From an uncultured bacterium (GTDB lineage: Bacteria; Acidobacteriota; HRBIN11; JAKEFK01), in NCBI GenBank assembly GCA_963777505.1, contig CAVZQN010000003.1:128001-192000 (forward strand): a stretch of DNA of 64,000 nt, given 5' to 3'. The position numbers and the translations under genes are program-made. This document shows, piece by piece, positions 29,642-40,174 of the stretch (its first letter is position 1; each line of letters starts with the position of its first letter). The notes below the pieces were generated by a model that was given only the letters and a program-made list of their open reading frames with translations, was not told the origin of the DNA and made no database searches.

Positions 29642-30936
29642 TTATAGGTTGTTGCCTTCCTGTGTTCCAGTATAGGCTCTGGCTGCCTCGATCCCTTTTT
29701 TCTCGTTCACAAAAGAAATGCCGATGATGCCGGAAAGGAAAAAGAGTCCAGTGGAAATGATCGCTGTGCGCTGAGACCCGGTAGCACTCGAGATGTGTCC
29801 AAAAACAAAGGGGCCAATCGCCGTTGATAACTTCCAGAACAAGCCCCAGAACCCGAAAAATTCACCCGATTTTTGAACTGGCGAAAACATACCGACCATG
29901 GCTCTTGCAGCAGATTGACTCGAACCAAGGCCGAGGCCGGCTAAATTTCCAACAATATAAAACGAATTACGGCTCGTTGAAAAGTAAGCGCCGATCACAA
30001 CAACGAGCCAGATCATCAAGGTCATGTAAATTGTATTTTTTGCCCCAACCTTGTCTTGAATAAATCCGAAAATTAATGCTCCAAGTGATGAAGAAACTTG
30101 AGTGATGATAAAAAATTGAATTAACTCAAGCGGTGTCAGGCCGATTGTTTGATCCGCATAAATTGATGCGAAATAAACGACTGTTGTAACACCGCAGTTG
30201 TAAATTCCGAAAACAATCAGGAACTTAAAGAGTTCGCGAAATTTTCTGATCTGGATAAAAGTTTCACGGATTTGAGCAAAACCGGCGGTGAGATAGTTCA
30301 TTCCAGGCGGAAGGCTTGATTTCTTCTTGCGCTCATGAACCCATAAAAATGTAGGGATGCCAGCAAGAAGAAAAAGACTGCAACAATCAGGTTTACTCTT
30401 CGTAAATTTTCTGCATTCTCTAAAACGAAGCCACCTTTTAAAAATGGGAAACAACATAAGAGACAAAGTAATCCGCCAATATAACCAAAGCCCCAACCGA
30501 ACCCGGATATTTTTCCCATATCTTCTGGTTTTGCAATTTCAGGAAGGAAACTCGCAATCAAGTTTTCACCGGTTGAGTAAGCAAAATTTCCAATGATAAA
30601 AAGCATTAGCGCAAACCAGACAGCGCCAGGAACAGCAAAATAAAGAAGAGCCGTGAAGATTATGCAGGTGATGTAACTCAGAAAGAGGAACTGTTTCTTA
30701 CGAGAAGAATAATCGGCGATCGCTCCAACAAGTGGAGCAGTGAGCAACACAAGCGTTTGGCTGATTGCATTTCCAGTGCCCCAAAGTTTATCTCCAGCAC
30801 CACTTCCGCCTGCAACAATTTTTGTGAAATAAACACTGAACGCAATCGTAATAATCAGGGTTGTAAATGATGAATTCGCAAAATCAAAAAAACACCAGCC
30901 AAGAATCTCTCTTTTGTTGGGTAATCTTTTTAACAT
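29642..30936 (-). pseudogene. MFS transporter (UMF1/Atg22-like) split by a frameshift in a T5 run near 30371-30375
   Basis: The N-half (WCFFDFANSSF, GKISGFGWGFGYIGG) and C-half (SQSAARA, EFFGFW) join if one T is added: VFFLLAGIPTFLW. Confidence 0.85.
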
Positions 30937-30946
30937 AAGAATTTAC

Positions 30947-30970
30947 GGAGCGCAGGCATTCCAGCCTGCA
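30947..30970. repeat. REP-like hairpin
   Basis: GGAGCGCAGGC-attcca-GCCTGCA, near-identical to the unit at 11568. Confidence 0.85.
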
Positions 30971-30990
30971 TTTAGGCTCCGAATTTTTTA

Positions 30991-31764
30991 CTAATTCATA
31001 ATCGCAATGATTCTTACGGGTCCTCCTGTGCCATTTTCAATTTTCATTGGCAGTGCGACGATACTAGCACCTTTTTCAGGCAACTGATCCATGTTTGCAA
31101 CATTTTCCAAACCATAAATATTTGCAGCGTTTAATATTTGATGCGCAAGAAAATCTTTTGAATTTCCTGGATCCAGGCTTGCAGTATCAATTCCAACTCC
31201 TTTGACTTTTCTAGCTACTAACACTTCAGCAGCAGCTTTTGAAAAGCCTGGAAAATGCAAATTAGATGCATCGCCAGGTTTATCATCTCCCAAATATTTT
31301 TTTCGATCGGGCCAGAATTTTCCCCAGCCAGTCCGAATAAATACAATAGCTCCCTCAGTTAATCTACCGTTTTTCTTTTCCCATACTTCGATATCTTGAG
31401 CGGCAACCTGATAATCCGGATTTTTCGAACAGCTTGAACTGACATCAATTATAGAAACTGCACCGACGAATCGATTTGCAGGAATTTGATCGCTTGTCCA
31501 TGCTTTTTCAGCAAAATGGATCGGCGCATCCAGGTGAGTGCCACCATGTTCGCTAGCCGAATAATTTGCGCTTGTATACCAGAAACCTGCTTCCGATTTC
31601 CCCCAGGCTACTTTTTCATGTTGAAATCCCTTCGATGTTGGCCAGAAAATCGTTTTTTCACTGAATGCATAGGTAAGATCAAGAATTTTTTTCCCGCTGA
31701 ACAGATCATCAGCCGACAAAGCTGCTGCTGCAGCTATCAGGATAAAACAAATTGATATTCGCAT
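30991..31764 (-). CDS. Cyclase-family (kynurenine formamidase-like) exported metal hydrolase
   Basis: EHGGTHLDAPIHF, RTGW, HFPG, GIDTASLD, GLENV, GTGGPVR; signal peptide. Confidence 0.9.
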   Translation of the reverse strand: MRISICFILIAAAAALSADDLFSGKKILDLTYAFSEKTIFWPTSKGFQHEKVAWGKSEAGFWYTSANYSASEHGGTHLDAPIHFAEKAWTSDQIPANRFVGAVSIIDVSSSCSKNPDYQVAAQDIEVWEKKNGRLTEGAIVFIRTGWGKFWPDRKKYLGDDKPGDASNLHFPGFSKAAAEVLVARKVKGVGIDTASLDPGNSKDFLAHQILNAANIYGLENVANMDQLPEKGASIVALPMKIENGTGGPVRIIAIMN

Positions 31765-31778
31765 AGATTTCTCCGTAC

Positions 31779-31803
31779 GGGCGGGTCTAAGACCCGCCCC
31801 TAC
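31779..31803 (-). repeat. GTAG-type REP element sharing the stop codon of the upstream gene
   Basis: Reverse complement reads GTAG-GGGCGGGTC-tta-GACCCGCCC; the TAG is the activator's stop codon. Confidence 0.8.
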
Positions 31804-33707
31804 TCAGTTTTTAATAATTTCTTAAGGTTTAGATTTCGGATCAAACGATGAAGATAATTCGGATGTACGCCAAGCTTTTTGGCTGCTTCTGTATAACTTC
31901 CACCGGCTTCTTGAAACGCTTTGAGGATGAGTTGTTTTTTGAGTTCGACAACAGCTTCCTGATATTTTCCTACAGCAATTCCCTGAGGGGGATCTTTTTC
32001 AACCAAACTCTCAGGTAAATCTTCAGGCGAAATCGTAGATGAGCCTGTCATTACAACCGCTCTTTCAATTGCATTTTGCAGTTCACGTACATTGCCGGGC
32101 CAATCATACGATTGCAAATAGGCTTTTGCTTCGGGACTCAAACTTTCTATTTTTTTCTTAAAGCGCGAACTGTATCGTGAAAGAAAATAATTCGAGAGCA
32201 GGGGAATGTCTTCTTTGCGTTTTCTAAGCGGCGGGACCTCAATGTTTAAAACATTCAATCGATAGTAGAGATCCTGCCGGAATGTTCCTTTGGATGCTTC
32301 TTCTTTCAAGTTTTTGTTTGTCGCAGCAAGAACACGAACATCAACCGGCACGGTGCGTGTTCCTCCGACGCGTTCAATTTCACGCTCTTGCAATGCTCTG
32401 AGTAATTTGCTTTGAAGTCCAATAGCGATCTCCCCTACTTCATCCAGAAAAAGTGTTCCCGTGTTTGCGAGTTCAAACTTTCCTTTCTTTTGTCCGATGG
32501 CGCCCGTAAACGCTCCTTTTTCATGTCCGAATAATTCGCTTTCTAAAAGTGTGTCTGTCAGTGCGGCGCAATTTACTGCAATAAACGGATTGGAAGCACG
32601 CGGGCTGCTCAGGTGGATTGCTCTTGCGATCAATTCCTTTCCTGTTCCACTTTCACCTTCAATCAAGATTGTTGAATCAACAGGCGCTGTGCGCTTAATA
32701 AATTCATAAACCTGATTCATAGCCGAACTCTCACCGATGAGGCATTTGTCAGGATCGGATTCTTCATGCAGACGAAGATTTTCATTTTCCAGCCGCTCAA
32801 CATGCCGCGCATTCTCCATTGCTGTTGAAGCAATCGATGCAACTGCACTGACAAGCTGAAGGTGATTCTCATCGAACGGTTTTTCAGTATCCGTACTTTC
32901 AAGATAAATCAAAGCTTTTTCAGATCCTGATTGTGGAAGTTGAACGCACAGAATTGATTGTACTTGTCGCGATGCAAGACTGCGTGCTTCGCCTAATTTA
33001 TCGCTTTGAGAGAGGTCATTGCTTAGAATGGCGGCACCGGATTTTAACACTTCGGAAATTACAGTACGGCTCACGGAAATACGAGCACTTTTATCGGCAG
33101 TACGATTATGTGTAAGGAATGAGGTGAAATCTGGCGAATTGTTTATTGTAGTCAGGAAGGCACCTTGAGTTGCTGGAACGGCATCAAAAAGCATTTCAAG
33201 AATCTTTTTTTGCAAATCCGCAGACTTATGAATTGCGTGAATTGAAGAACTGATGCGAAGCAGCACACTCAAATCGCGCGCCGCCCTGGATTCGCGTTGA
33301 ATCCGCCTAGTATTTTCAGGACTGAGATACAAAACATCTTCTGCTCGTAGCTGCACTGTAGATCGTTCTTCATCTGAAGTTTCAACAAGGATTGCATCAG
33401 GAGTACGTTGATCATCTTCTTCCGTGAGGAATAAGAAAATCGAATGCCCGATTTCAATTTCATTTCCATGTTCGAGGACCCTTTCTTTAATTGGAATTCG
33501 ATCTACAAACGTGCCGTTTAAGCTGTCAAGATCGGCAATTTTGAATTGTTCGTTTTCTTTGAATAAACGGCAATGGCGGCGGGAAAGAGACGTATCATGC
33601 ACCGAAATCTGAACGGACTGATCGCGTCCAATCACCATCTCTGGTTGGTCCAGCAGAATAGTCGTCCCTTTTAAAGGCCCATCAATAGCCAGAAGTCTTG
33701 GGTTCAT
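31800..33707 (-). CDS. FHA-GAF-AAA+ sigma54-dependent transcriptional activator
   Basis: FHA (IGR, SRRH, SLNGTFV), [18 protein letters not shown]-terminal HTH. Confidence 0.95.
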   Translation of the reverse strand: MNPRLLAIDGPLKGTTILLDQPEMVIGRDQSVQISVHDTSLSRRHCRLFKENEQFKIADLDSLNGTFVDRIPIKERVLEHGNEIEIGHSIFLFLTEEDDQRTPDAILVETSDEERSTVQLRAEDVLYLSPENTRRIQRESRAARDLSVLLRISSSIHAIHKSADLQKKILEMLFDAVPATQGAFLTTINNSPDFTSFLTHNRTADKSARISVSRTVISEVLKSGAAILSNDLSQSDKLGEARSLASRQVQSILCVQLPQSGSEKALIYLESTDTEKPFDENHLQLVSAVASIASTAMENARHVERLENENLRLHEESDPDKCLIGESSAMNQVYEFIKRTAPVDSTILIEGESGTGKELIARAIHLSSPRASNPFIAVNCAALTDTLLESELFGHEKGAFTGAIGQKKGKFELANTGTLFLDEVGEIAIGLQSKLLRALQEREIERVGGTRTVPVDVRVLAATNKNLKEEASKGTFRQDLYYRLNVLNIEVPPLRKRKEDIPLLSNYFLSRYSSRFKKKIESLSPEAKAYLQSYDWPGNVRELQNAIERAVVMTGSSTISPEDLPESLVEKDPPQGIAVGKYQEAVVELKKQLILKAFQEAGGSYTEAAKKLGVHPNYLHRLIRNLNLKKLLKTE

Positions 33708-33716
33708 ATTAAATAT

Positions 33717-33750
33717 TTAACCACGAAAATACTTTGCGGCTTTGTGGTTT
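33717..33750. repeat. Nonamer-family inverted repeat remnant
   Basis: ttaaccacgaaa...ctttgcggctttgtggttt. Confidence 0.65.
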
Positions 33751-33753
33751 GAA

Positions 33754-35505
33754 TTAGCGGCTGCTGGGGAGTTCTAATTCAAGAGAGTGGACTTCCTGGA
33801 AATCGATCATCGAATCTTTTACCTGATCGGCAACCGGAAGATCGGAACAATATCGCAGAATCTGATTGTAATGATCCAGAGCCTTCTGATGCTCACCGAC
33901 AGCTTGATATAGTTTAGCTTGATGCAGCGTACTGGAAGCGAGTTTTGTCATTTGTTCACGCACAGGTTTTTCAAATTCGCTTGTAGGATACTTTCGCCGG
34001 AAATCATACCCATTCTGCAATTTCGTAAAGGATTCAGCGATCTCTTTCATTCTTTCAGCCGATGCATGTTGCAATACGGTGTCTTTCGAATCTTCTGCAA
34101 CCTTATAACAAGCGGTCAGATCATCCAGCGAAGGAATCATGTGAAGAAGGCTGGTGCGGCTTTGTTCCTTCCAGTTAGCGGCTTTTTCGTCCGAAATGAC
34201 TTCAAGATAAAGTCCAACGGCATCGGAATTCTTCTTTAGAATTCGATAGTTTTCTGCTAATCGGAATTTTACTTCCGGTATCCTGTCGCTTTCTGGAAAA
34301 TTACTCAAATAACGTTTGAGCATTTCTGTATCGAACATTTCTTTCTTCAAAACTTCTTCATATAAAGGAGCTGCTTCAGCCAGGTCCTTCTTAATCTGTT
34401 CCAGATTCATTTCGAGTTTTTTCCGGAGCTCTGCAGTTTCTTCGCTATCCTGAAGTTCAGAAATATTTTCATCATACATACGGATCATTTTTCCGTAATC
34501 CCGATTAAAAGGCTCTTTTTCGCGTTGTTTCATTTCCTCATCGCGAACAAATGACCATCGAAGCTCATCGGCTGTTTTGCCTTGACCATATGCATTCAAA
34601 GCCATCTGTCGAAGTGCCTTTTTTTCTTCCTCTTCTTTTCGTTTTGATACCAATTGGACGAAAGTGTCTTGTGTTTTTACACGATACTCGGTGGCATCGG
34701 GTGGATTCTTTGAAGCTCCGAAAGTGGCCTGCAAGCTTCGAGCAACTTCCATTCGATCATCTAAATAAGGATGGGTTCGCCAATATCCATAGCCTGGAGC
34801 TTCATAGATACGCTTTCGCATTTTGTCGAAAAGTTGGCCAGTACCTTCAGGCGAAAATCCGGCACGCGAAGCCGCAATCATGCCTTCATGATCCGCTTCC
34901 AATTCAAGTTCTCTGCTAAACCCGCGTAACAACATCTCCTGAAAGATCATTCCAAAAGCGGCACTTCCCTGAAGTACTTCTGATTTCTTGGAACGGCGTT
35001 CATAGCCAGTGACCGGATCATAATACGAACCATCATCTTTTAGACCGAATGCAATCCCGATCACAAGAGCTTGATAGAGCAGGTTCATGATTGTCTGACG
35101 TTTGCTCATTTTGCGGCTATGTTCATTGCGGACATGTGTAATTTCATGCCCCAGAAGAGCCGCAAGCTCATCATCAGTCAGATCTAGATCCAGCATCCCT
35201 GTTGTAACAAAAATGAACCCGCCTGGAAGTGCAAAAGCATTCGGCTCTTCCATTTTTACAACGCGGAATGAATAGTTTGTCGCGTTTGGATCGGATCTTT
35301 GAGCTACGCGGTACCCAATCTCGTTGACTCGTCGAACTTTTTCCTGGTCCTCTTCTGCACCGAGTTCCTTGATGATTTCAATAGCTACCTTGAATCCCTT
35401 ATCAAAATCCTTGGGAGTCTCTACCTTTGGAGCAGGGGGTTCATCAGCATATAAATGCGGAACTGCAATGCAGAGCGCCAGAACAAATACAAGAATCGTT
35501 TTCAT
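33754..35505 (-). CDS. M48-family zinc metalloprotease with TPR-like C-terminus (exported)
   Basis: PNAFALPGG, HEITH, FSRELELEAD, THP; signal peptide. Confidence 0.9.
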   Translation of the reverse strand: MKTILVFVLALCIAVPHLYADEPPAPKVETPKDFDKGFKVAIEIIKELGAEEDQEKVRRVNEIGYRVAQRSDPNATNYSFRVVKMEEPNAFALPGGFIFVTTGMLDLDLTDDELAALLGHEITHVRNEHSRKMSKRQTIMNLLYQALVIGIAFGLKDDGSYYDPVTGYERRSKKSEVLQGSAAFGMIFQEMLLRGFSRELELEADHEGMIAASRAGFSPEGTGQLFDKMRKRIYEAPGYGYWRTHPYLDDRMEVARSLQATFGASKNPPDATEYRVKTQDTFVQLVSKRKEEEEKKALRQMALNAYGQGKTADELRWSFVRDEEMKQREKEPFNRDYGKMIRMYDENISELQDSEETAELRKKLEMNLEQIKKDLAEAAPLYEEVLKKEMFDTEMLKRYLSNFPESDRIPEVKFRLAENYRILKKNSDAVGLYLEVISDEKAANWKEQSRTSLLHMIPSLDDLTACYKVAEDSKDTVLQHASAERMKEIAESFTKLQNGYDFRRKYPTSEFEKPVREQMTKLASSTLHQAKLYQAVGEHQKALDHYNQILRYCSDLPVADQVKDSMIDFQEVHSLELELPSSR

Positions 35506-35640
35506 ACGCCCACAATAATATAAACCTATTGATTAGACTTCTCCATCTTACTTTATGGCGATGGTTTTAGCGATTTATGGAAGCTCGGCGACAAAGTTGA
35601 GATTTTGATGGTACAATAAGACGACAAAAAGCCTGAGGAA

Positions 35641-36438
35641 ATGCGAGCGGCAGCTCTTTCAGATGTTGGATTAATCCGAAGCAAGAATGAAGATGCATTC
35701 TGGTGCGATCCAGATCGTGGCATCTTTATTATTGCCGACGGTATCGGCAGCCAATTAGCCGGAGAAGTAGCTTCAGAAGCTGCAGTCGATGTTATTTCAA
35801 CTGAACTTACACTTGCCGTAGATCTCGGCCTTAAAGAACACGAATTAACTGACACTATATTTGATTCGTTCCGTGAAGCAGCTGAAGAGATTTACAAACG
35901 TTCTCAGGAATCTGAAGAATTAGCAGGTATTGCCTGTTCGGCCATAGCAGCAGTCTTTCAAAATGGAAATTTTCTCGTAGCTCATGCAGGTGATTCCAGA
36001 GCTTATCTTTTCAGTGAGAATAGTCTGCATCAAATGACAGTCGATGATACACCGGTAGCTGTACTGGTAAAGCGTGGTTATTTGCTGCCTGAAAAGGCAC
36101 GTTCTCATCATTTAAAAAATGTTTTAACAAAATCGATTGGGAGTAAACCGACCGTCGAAGCGAATCTGACCCGTTTTCCTGTAAAGGTTGAGGAAAAGAT
36201 TTTACTCTGTAGTGATGGATTGTGGGCTATGCTTTCAATGGAGGAAATGAACGACATTTTTCGTGCAAATCCCAATCCGGATGATGCGTGTCGTGAATTA
36301 ATTGCGGCTGCTCGCGCGCACGGAGGACAGGACAATATCACTGCAATTATTGTTCAAATGGATGAGGATAAACCGCGTCCTCTGATTGAGTCGGCAGAAG
36401 AGGATAATCACCGCTATTCGTTCGAAACTGAAATCTAA
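35641..36438 (+). CDS. PP2C-family Ser/Thr protein phosphatase
   Basis: R..NED, IADGIG, AHAGDSRAY, LCSDGL, GGQDNIT. Confidence 0.93.
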   Translation: MRAAALSDVGLIRSKNEDAFWCDPDRGIFIIADGIGSQLAGEVASEAAVDVISTELTLAVDLGLKEHELTDTIFDSFREAAEEIYKRSQESEELAGIACSAIAAVFQNGNFLVAHAGDSRAYLFSENSLHQMTVDDTPVAVLVKRGYLLPEKARSHHLKNVLTKSIGSKPTVEANLTRFPVKVEEKILLCSDGLWAMLSMEEMNDIFRANPNPDDACRELIAAARAHGGQDNITAIIVQMDEDKPRPLIESAEEDNHRYSFETEI

Positions 36439-36458
36439 CTCTAACGGAGACATTTGTT

Positions 36459-37040
36459 ATGGCAAAGAAAAAATCGAAATCCAAGAAAGCGCCGGCAAAA
36501 AAATCGAAGAAAATTGCAAAGCGTGCGGCTCCAAAAAAGAGTACAACTCCAAAAAAGAGTGTGCGCCAATCTAAACCTCAATCTGCAGATGGGTCACGGC
36601 CCAGGTGGATTTCAGCCGGTTCAAATCCGGTTAGTGCCCTTTTAATTGTGCGTGATGTAGAGGCTGCTCTCGATTTTTGTCAAACCGTTTTCGGATTCAA
36701 GGTTCGAGGCATCATGAAAGATCGTAATGGTTCAATCCTGCATGCTGAGATGACATATCGCGAGTCGTTAATCATGTTCAATCCTGAAAATGAGAATCGG
36801 GGTGCGATTGCACCGCAGACCAGCAGTCCGGTAACTCTGTATGTTTATGTTGCAGATGTTGATGCAGTTGCTGATCTTGCGAGACTGAATGGTGGAAATA
36901 TTGCACAACCTCCAACAGATATGTTCTGGGGAGATCGATGTTCATTGATCGTCGATCCGGATGGTCACAACTGGATGATCGCAACTCATACGAAAGATAT
37001 CGCTATGAAGGACATGAAGATTCCACAAGCTGTGAATTAA
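36459..37040 (+). CDS. VOC/glyoxalase (PhnB-like) protein with Lys-rich N-terminal tail
   Basis: ILHAEM, LYVYVADVD, DMFWGDR, DPDGHNW; ~45-aa KKxKK tail. Confidence 0.9.
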   Translation: MAKKKSKSKKAPAKKSKKIAKRAAPKKSTTPKKSVRQSKPQSADGSRPRWISAGSNPVSALLIVRDVEAALDFCQTVFGFKVRGIMKDRNGSILHAEMTYRESLIMFNPENENRGAIAPQTSSPVTLYVYVADVDAVADLARLNGGNIAQPPTDMFWGDRCSLIVDPDGHNWMIATHTKDIAMKDMKIPQAVN

Positions 37041-37064
37041 CCACAGACCTCTTTTGAGGCGTAT

Positions 37065-37099
37065 GCAGGGGAGCAGAGGTGCGGGGAGCAGGGGAGAAG
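37065..37099. repeat. Octamer repeat (GCAGGGGA family)
   Basis: gcagggga|gcagaggt|gcgggga|gcagggga|gaag. Confidence 0.75.
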
Positions 37100-37112
37100 T
37101 ACTGGAGAATGA

Positions 37113-38678
37113 TTGCCGACTGACGCACCGAAAAAGACTTCCAATCTAAAAAGTCTTCTCCAGGCTTTACGTTCATGGCGTACAGCGTCTGTCACGTTAC
37201 TTTCCTTTTCATCCGGACTGCCTTTGGGACTCGTTTGGATTTCAATTCCAGATTGGCTCCGGAGCAATGGCGTAGATATTCGGGTTGTCGGATTGATGAC
37301 GCTGGCACAAGCGCCATGGACCTTTAAATTCCTTTGGTCTCCATTAATGGATCGCTATGTTCCACCGTGGCTTGGAAGGCGGCGTGGCTGGGCTGCAATA
37401 TCGCAGATCGTTTTATTTGTCCTGATGCTTGTTCTTGCGGGCGTGGGAGGAAATCCAGACACTCCGTGGGTGATTGGAGCACTCGCATTAGCGATCGCAT
37501 TCGCTTCAGCTACTCAGGATGTGGCAATCGACGCATACACGGTCGATGTTTTGCGTCCCGAAGAACAAGGCGTGGCAGTCGGTGCACGTATCGCTATGTA
37601 CCGCGCAGCGATGTATGTAGCAGGTGGACTCACAATCACACTGGGTGCATTAATCTCATGGAAACTTGTTGTTGGTGGATTGGCTCTTCTTTATCTGCCT
37701 TTGCTTCTGGTAACGATTAAAGCGCCAGAACCAGACGTAAAGCAAAAACCTCCTGCAACTCTAAGAGATGCAGTATGGCTTCCATTTCTTGGATTTTTAT
37801 CGCGGCATCGTGCGCTTGAAATTCTTGCTTTCGTTGTGTTTTACAAATTTGCAGATAATCTTGCGACCGCACTGCTGAGACCCTTTTTAATCGATATGGG
37901 TTACAACGAAATTCATCGCGGTGTTGGATTAACAACAGTTGGACTGTTTACAACTCTAGGCGGTGCATTTTTGGGTGGTTCATTAACTACGATTCTTGGA
38001 CTGGGTCATTCATTATGGCTTTTCGGACTCATTCAAATCGTTTCCAACATTGGATACATTTTTGTTGCAAACTCTGAATTAAATGTACCGCTGATGTATT
38101 CCGCAATGGGATTTGAAAGTTTTACTCAAGGTCTTGGGACCGGAGCTTTTTCGGTGCTCTTAATCCGAATGACTCAAAAACGATTTTCCGCAACACAATA
38201 TGCTCTCTTTTCAAGTCTTTTCAGTTTGCCGAGGGTCGTTGCAGGACCCATCAGTGGCGTCTTAGTAGATGCTGCAGGATGGAATGCATTTTTTTGGCTT
38301 ACAATGATTTTGGGAATTCCGGGATTATTTCTTTTGTCCCGTTTTGTTCCAATAGGTGTGAAAGAGCCTGAATTTGTAGTTGAAAAGTTAGAACGCAAAC
38401 CGTTGAGCCGTTTTGCGTTGTTGGTACGCGGAATTATCGGAACAATCCTGGGATTCATTTTTGCCACATCTTTGATGGCTGTACTTGCTGCAATCAAAAT
38501 CATGCGCGCCAAACCGGAAATTGGTTTCGATGTGAAGACGCAATTTTTCAAGATCCTTGCTCCCGCAGATCAGGGCGGATGGATCACTCTATTTGGAATT
38601 TTAGTTTTTGCAGTAGTTATCGGATTGTTCACCGCAGCAGTAGCCGCCGCGCGCTCCGGCAACTTCCAGGAAGAATAA
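37113..38678 (+). CDS. ampG: AmpG-family muropeptide MFS permease
   Basis: FSSGLP, KFLWSPLMDR, GRRRGW, SATQDVAIDAY, FSATQYAL. Confidence 0.9.
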   Translation: MPTDAPKKTSNLKSLLQALRSWRTASVTLLSFSSGLPLGLVWISIPDWLRSNGVDIRVVGLMTLAQAPWTFKFLWSPLMDRYVPPWLGRRRGWAAISQIVLFVLMLVLAGVGGNPDTPWVIGALALAIAFASATQDVAIDAYTVDVLRPEEQGVAVGARIAMYRAAMYVAGGLTITLGALISWKLVVGGLALLYLPLLLVTIKAPEPDVKQKPPATLRDAVWLPFLGFLSRHRALEILAFVVFYKFADNLATALLRPFLIDMGYNEIHRGVGLTTVGLFTTLGGAFLGGSLTTILGLGHSLWLFGLIQIVSNIGYIFVANSELNVPLMYSAMGFESFTQGLGTGAFSVLLIRMTQKRFSATQYALFSSLFSLPRVVAGPISGVLVDAAGWNAFFWLTMILGIPGLFLLSRFVPIGVKEPEFVVEKLERKPLSRFALLVRGIIGTILGFIFATSLMAVLAAIKIMRAKPEIGFDVKTQFFKILAPADQGGWITLFGILVFAVVIGLFTAAVAAARSGNFQEE

Positions 38679-39581
38679 TTACGGCTTGGCGTCCTGGCGA
38701 CTTGGCGGTTGAGTTGCTTTCCTCATTTCATCATCAAGGCAGGAAATAACTTCTTCCAATGGCGTCCTTTTTTCAATCGTACAACTGACAGCGATTCCAC
38801 GTAAGCTGAATTTTTTCTTCTTCACAAAAATTAATGAAGAAATGATTTCTTGAATTCGCACAACCGCAGTACGGGCACCAATTTCGGGAGTTTCAGGAAG
38901 AAGAAGAATAAAAGAATTGCTCTGGTATCGTCCCAATAAATCCGATTCCCGAATTGCCTGGCTGATTGCCTCACCAATACTTTTCAAGACTTCATTTCCG
39001 AACAACAACCCATATCTCATGTTGACCATGTTGAAGTCTTCGATATCCACACGCAAAAGAGAAAACGGACGACTAACGCGTTCAACACGTTTTAATTCTT
39101 CTGAGATTCGGCTCTCCATGTACTTCCAGTTATAACAATCTGAAGCTGAATCCAGAATCGATTGGCTGCGATAATCTCCCAGAAGTTGTTCATAGGCACG
39201 TTTACTTTCAATACTTGTGCGAAGAATTTCACGCAGCTCATCAAGCTCAAATGGTTTTGGAACGACAATATCGGCGCCGGATCGATAACAGCGAATCCGT
39301 GATTCTTTGTCATCTCGCGCAGTCAGAACAATGATTCGAGTAAAGCGAAGTTCAGGATCCCTTTTGAAAAATTCACAAACATCATAGCCATCAATTTCAG
39401 GCATCATAATATCAAGCAGCATTACATCAGGTAAGAATTGTCGCGCAAGATATAGAACGTCTTTGGGAGAGTTGAAGGCTCCGACTCTGTATCCTTCGTT
39501 TTCAAGGATGTCAGTCAGCAATTCTGTTACTGTTGGATCATCGTCCAGAATCAGAATTTTTGGCTCTGAAATCTGTTGCAT
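38679..39581 (-). CDS. Response regulator with degenerate GGDEF domain
   Basis: REC domain (LDDD, LLDIMMP, KP); GGDEF replaced by QSNSF, I-site RESD retained. Confidence 0.85.
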   Translation of the reverse strand: MQQISEPKILILDDDPTVTELLTDILENEGYRVGAFNSPKDVLYLARQFLPDVMLLDIMMPEIDGYDVCEFFKRDPELRFTRIIVLTARDDKESRIRCYRSGADIVVPKPFELDELREILRTSIESKRAYEQLLGDYRSQSILDSASDCYNWKYMESRISEELKRVERVSRPFSLLRVDIEDFNMVNMRYGLLFGNEVLKSIGEAISQAIRESDLLGRYQSNSFILLLPETPEIGARTAVVRIQEIISSLIFVKKKKFSLRGIAVSCTIEKRTPLEEVISCLDDEMRKATQPPSRQDAKP

Positions 39582-39748
39582 TTCTTTATTTTTTATTCTA
39601 ATACATTTTATATGTGAGTTAAAACGCTTGACCCTTACCAGGGAATTGACTAGCATAAGGGTTACACGCCTTAGTGAGCTGCTAATAAATCCGCTATCCT
39701 CTTAAAAGCGGGTGGGGGAACTGTAAACGAAATCCTACAGGAAGGATT

Positions 39749-40174
39749 ATGGAAAGAAAGTATAAGCAAAAGGGCTACATGGAGGACTCTTCCGACGCCG
39801 GCAAAAAAGAAAGTTCAAGAAGACCGGAAAAGGAGAAAGGGATTCGACACTACGGCATGCGAAATGGCGGAACTGCGCGAAGCGGGATCCGTTGTGCTCG
39901 CTGCGGTAAGACAATGAATCTCATGGGTGAAGTTGCATTAGATGCAAAATGTGAAAGTTGTACAAACGATTTTCACACTTGCACAAATTGCGCTTTCTTT
40001 AGCACAAGTTCGCGTTGGGAATGTTCAAAACCAATCCTAGCTCGAGTTGCGCCAAAAGATATTCGGAATGATTGCACGTTCTTTAGCCCTGCAGTGTTTG
40101 TGGAGCGTACATTTGAATCAAATGCTACACCACAAGATGCACGCAGAGCCTTTGACGCCCTCTTTAAAAAATAG
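39749..40174 (+). CDS. Cys-rich putative zinc-binding hypothetical protein
   Basis: CARC, CESC, HTCTNCAFF, C..C, ARRAFDALFKK; AGGA RBS. Confidence 0.8.
   Translation: MERKYKQKGYMEDSSDAGKKESSRRPEKEKGIRHYGMRNGGTARSGIRCARCGKTMNLMGEVALDAKCESCTNDFHTCTNCAFFSTSSRWECSKPILARVAPKDIRNDCTFFSPAVFVERTFESNATPQDARRAFDALFKK

Noticed and set aside
35556-35620. Fluoride riboswitch (GGCGATGG)
   Set aside because: It lacks the complementary CGCC stem and the 3' TGATGAC pseudoknot strand.
39660-39745. Riboswitch-like leader (hairpin plus GGGGGAAC) between the REC-GGDEF and Cys-rich genes
   Set aside because: It does not match the c-di-GMP-I/II or c-di-AMP consensus by eye; an Rfam cmscan would be needed.
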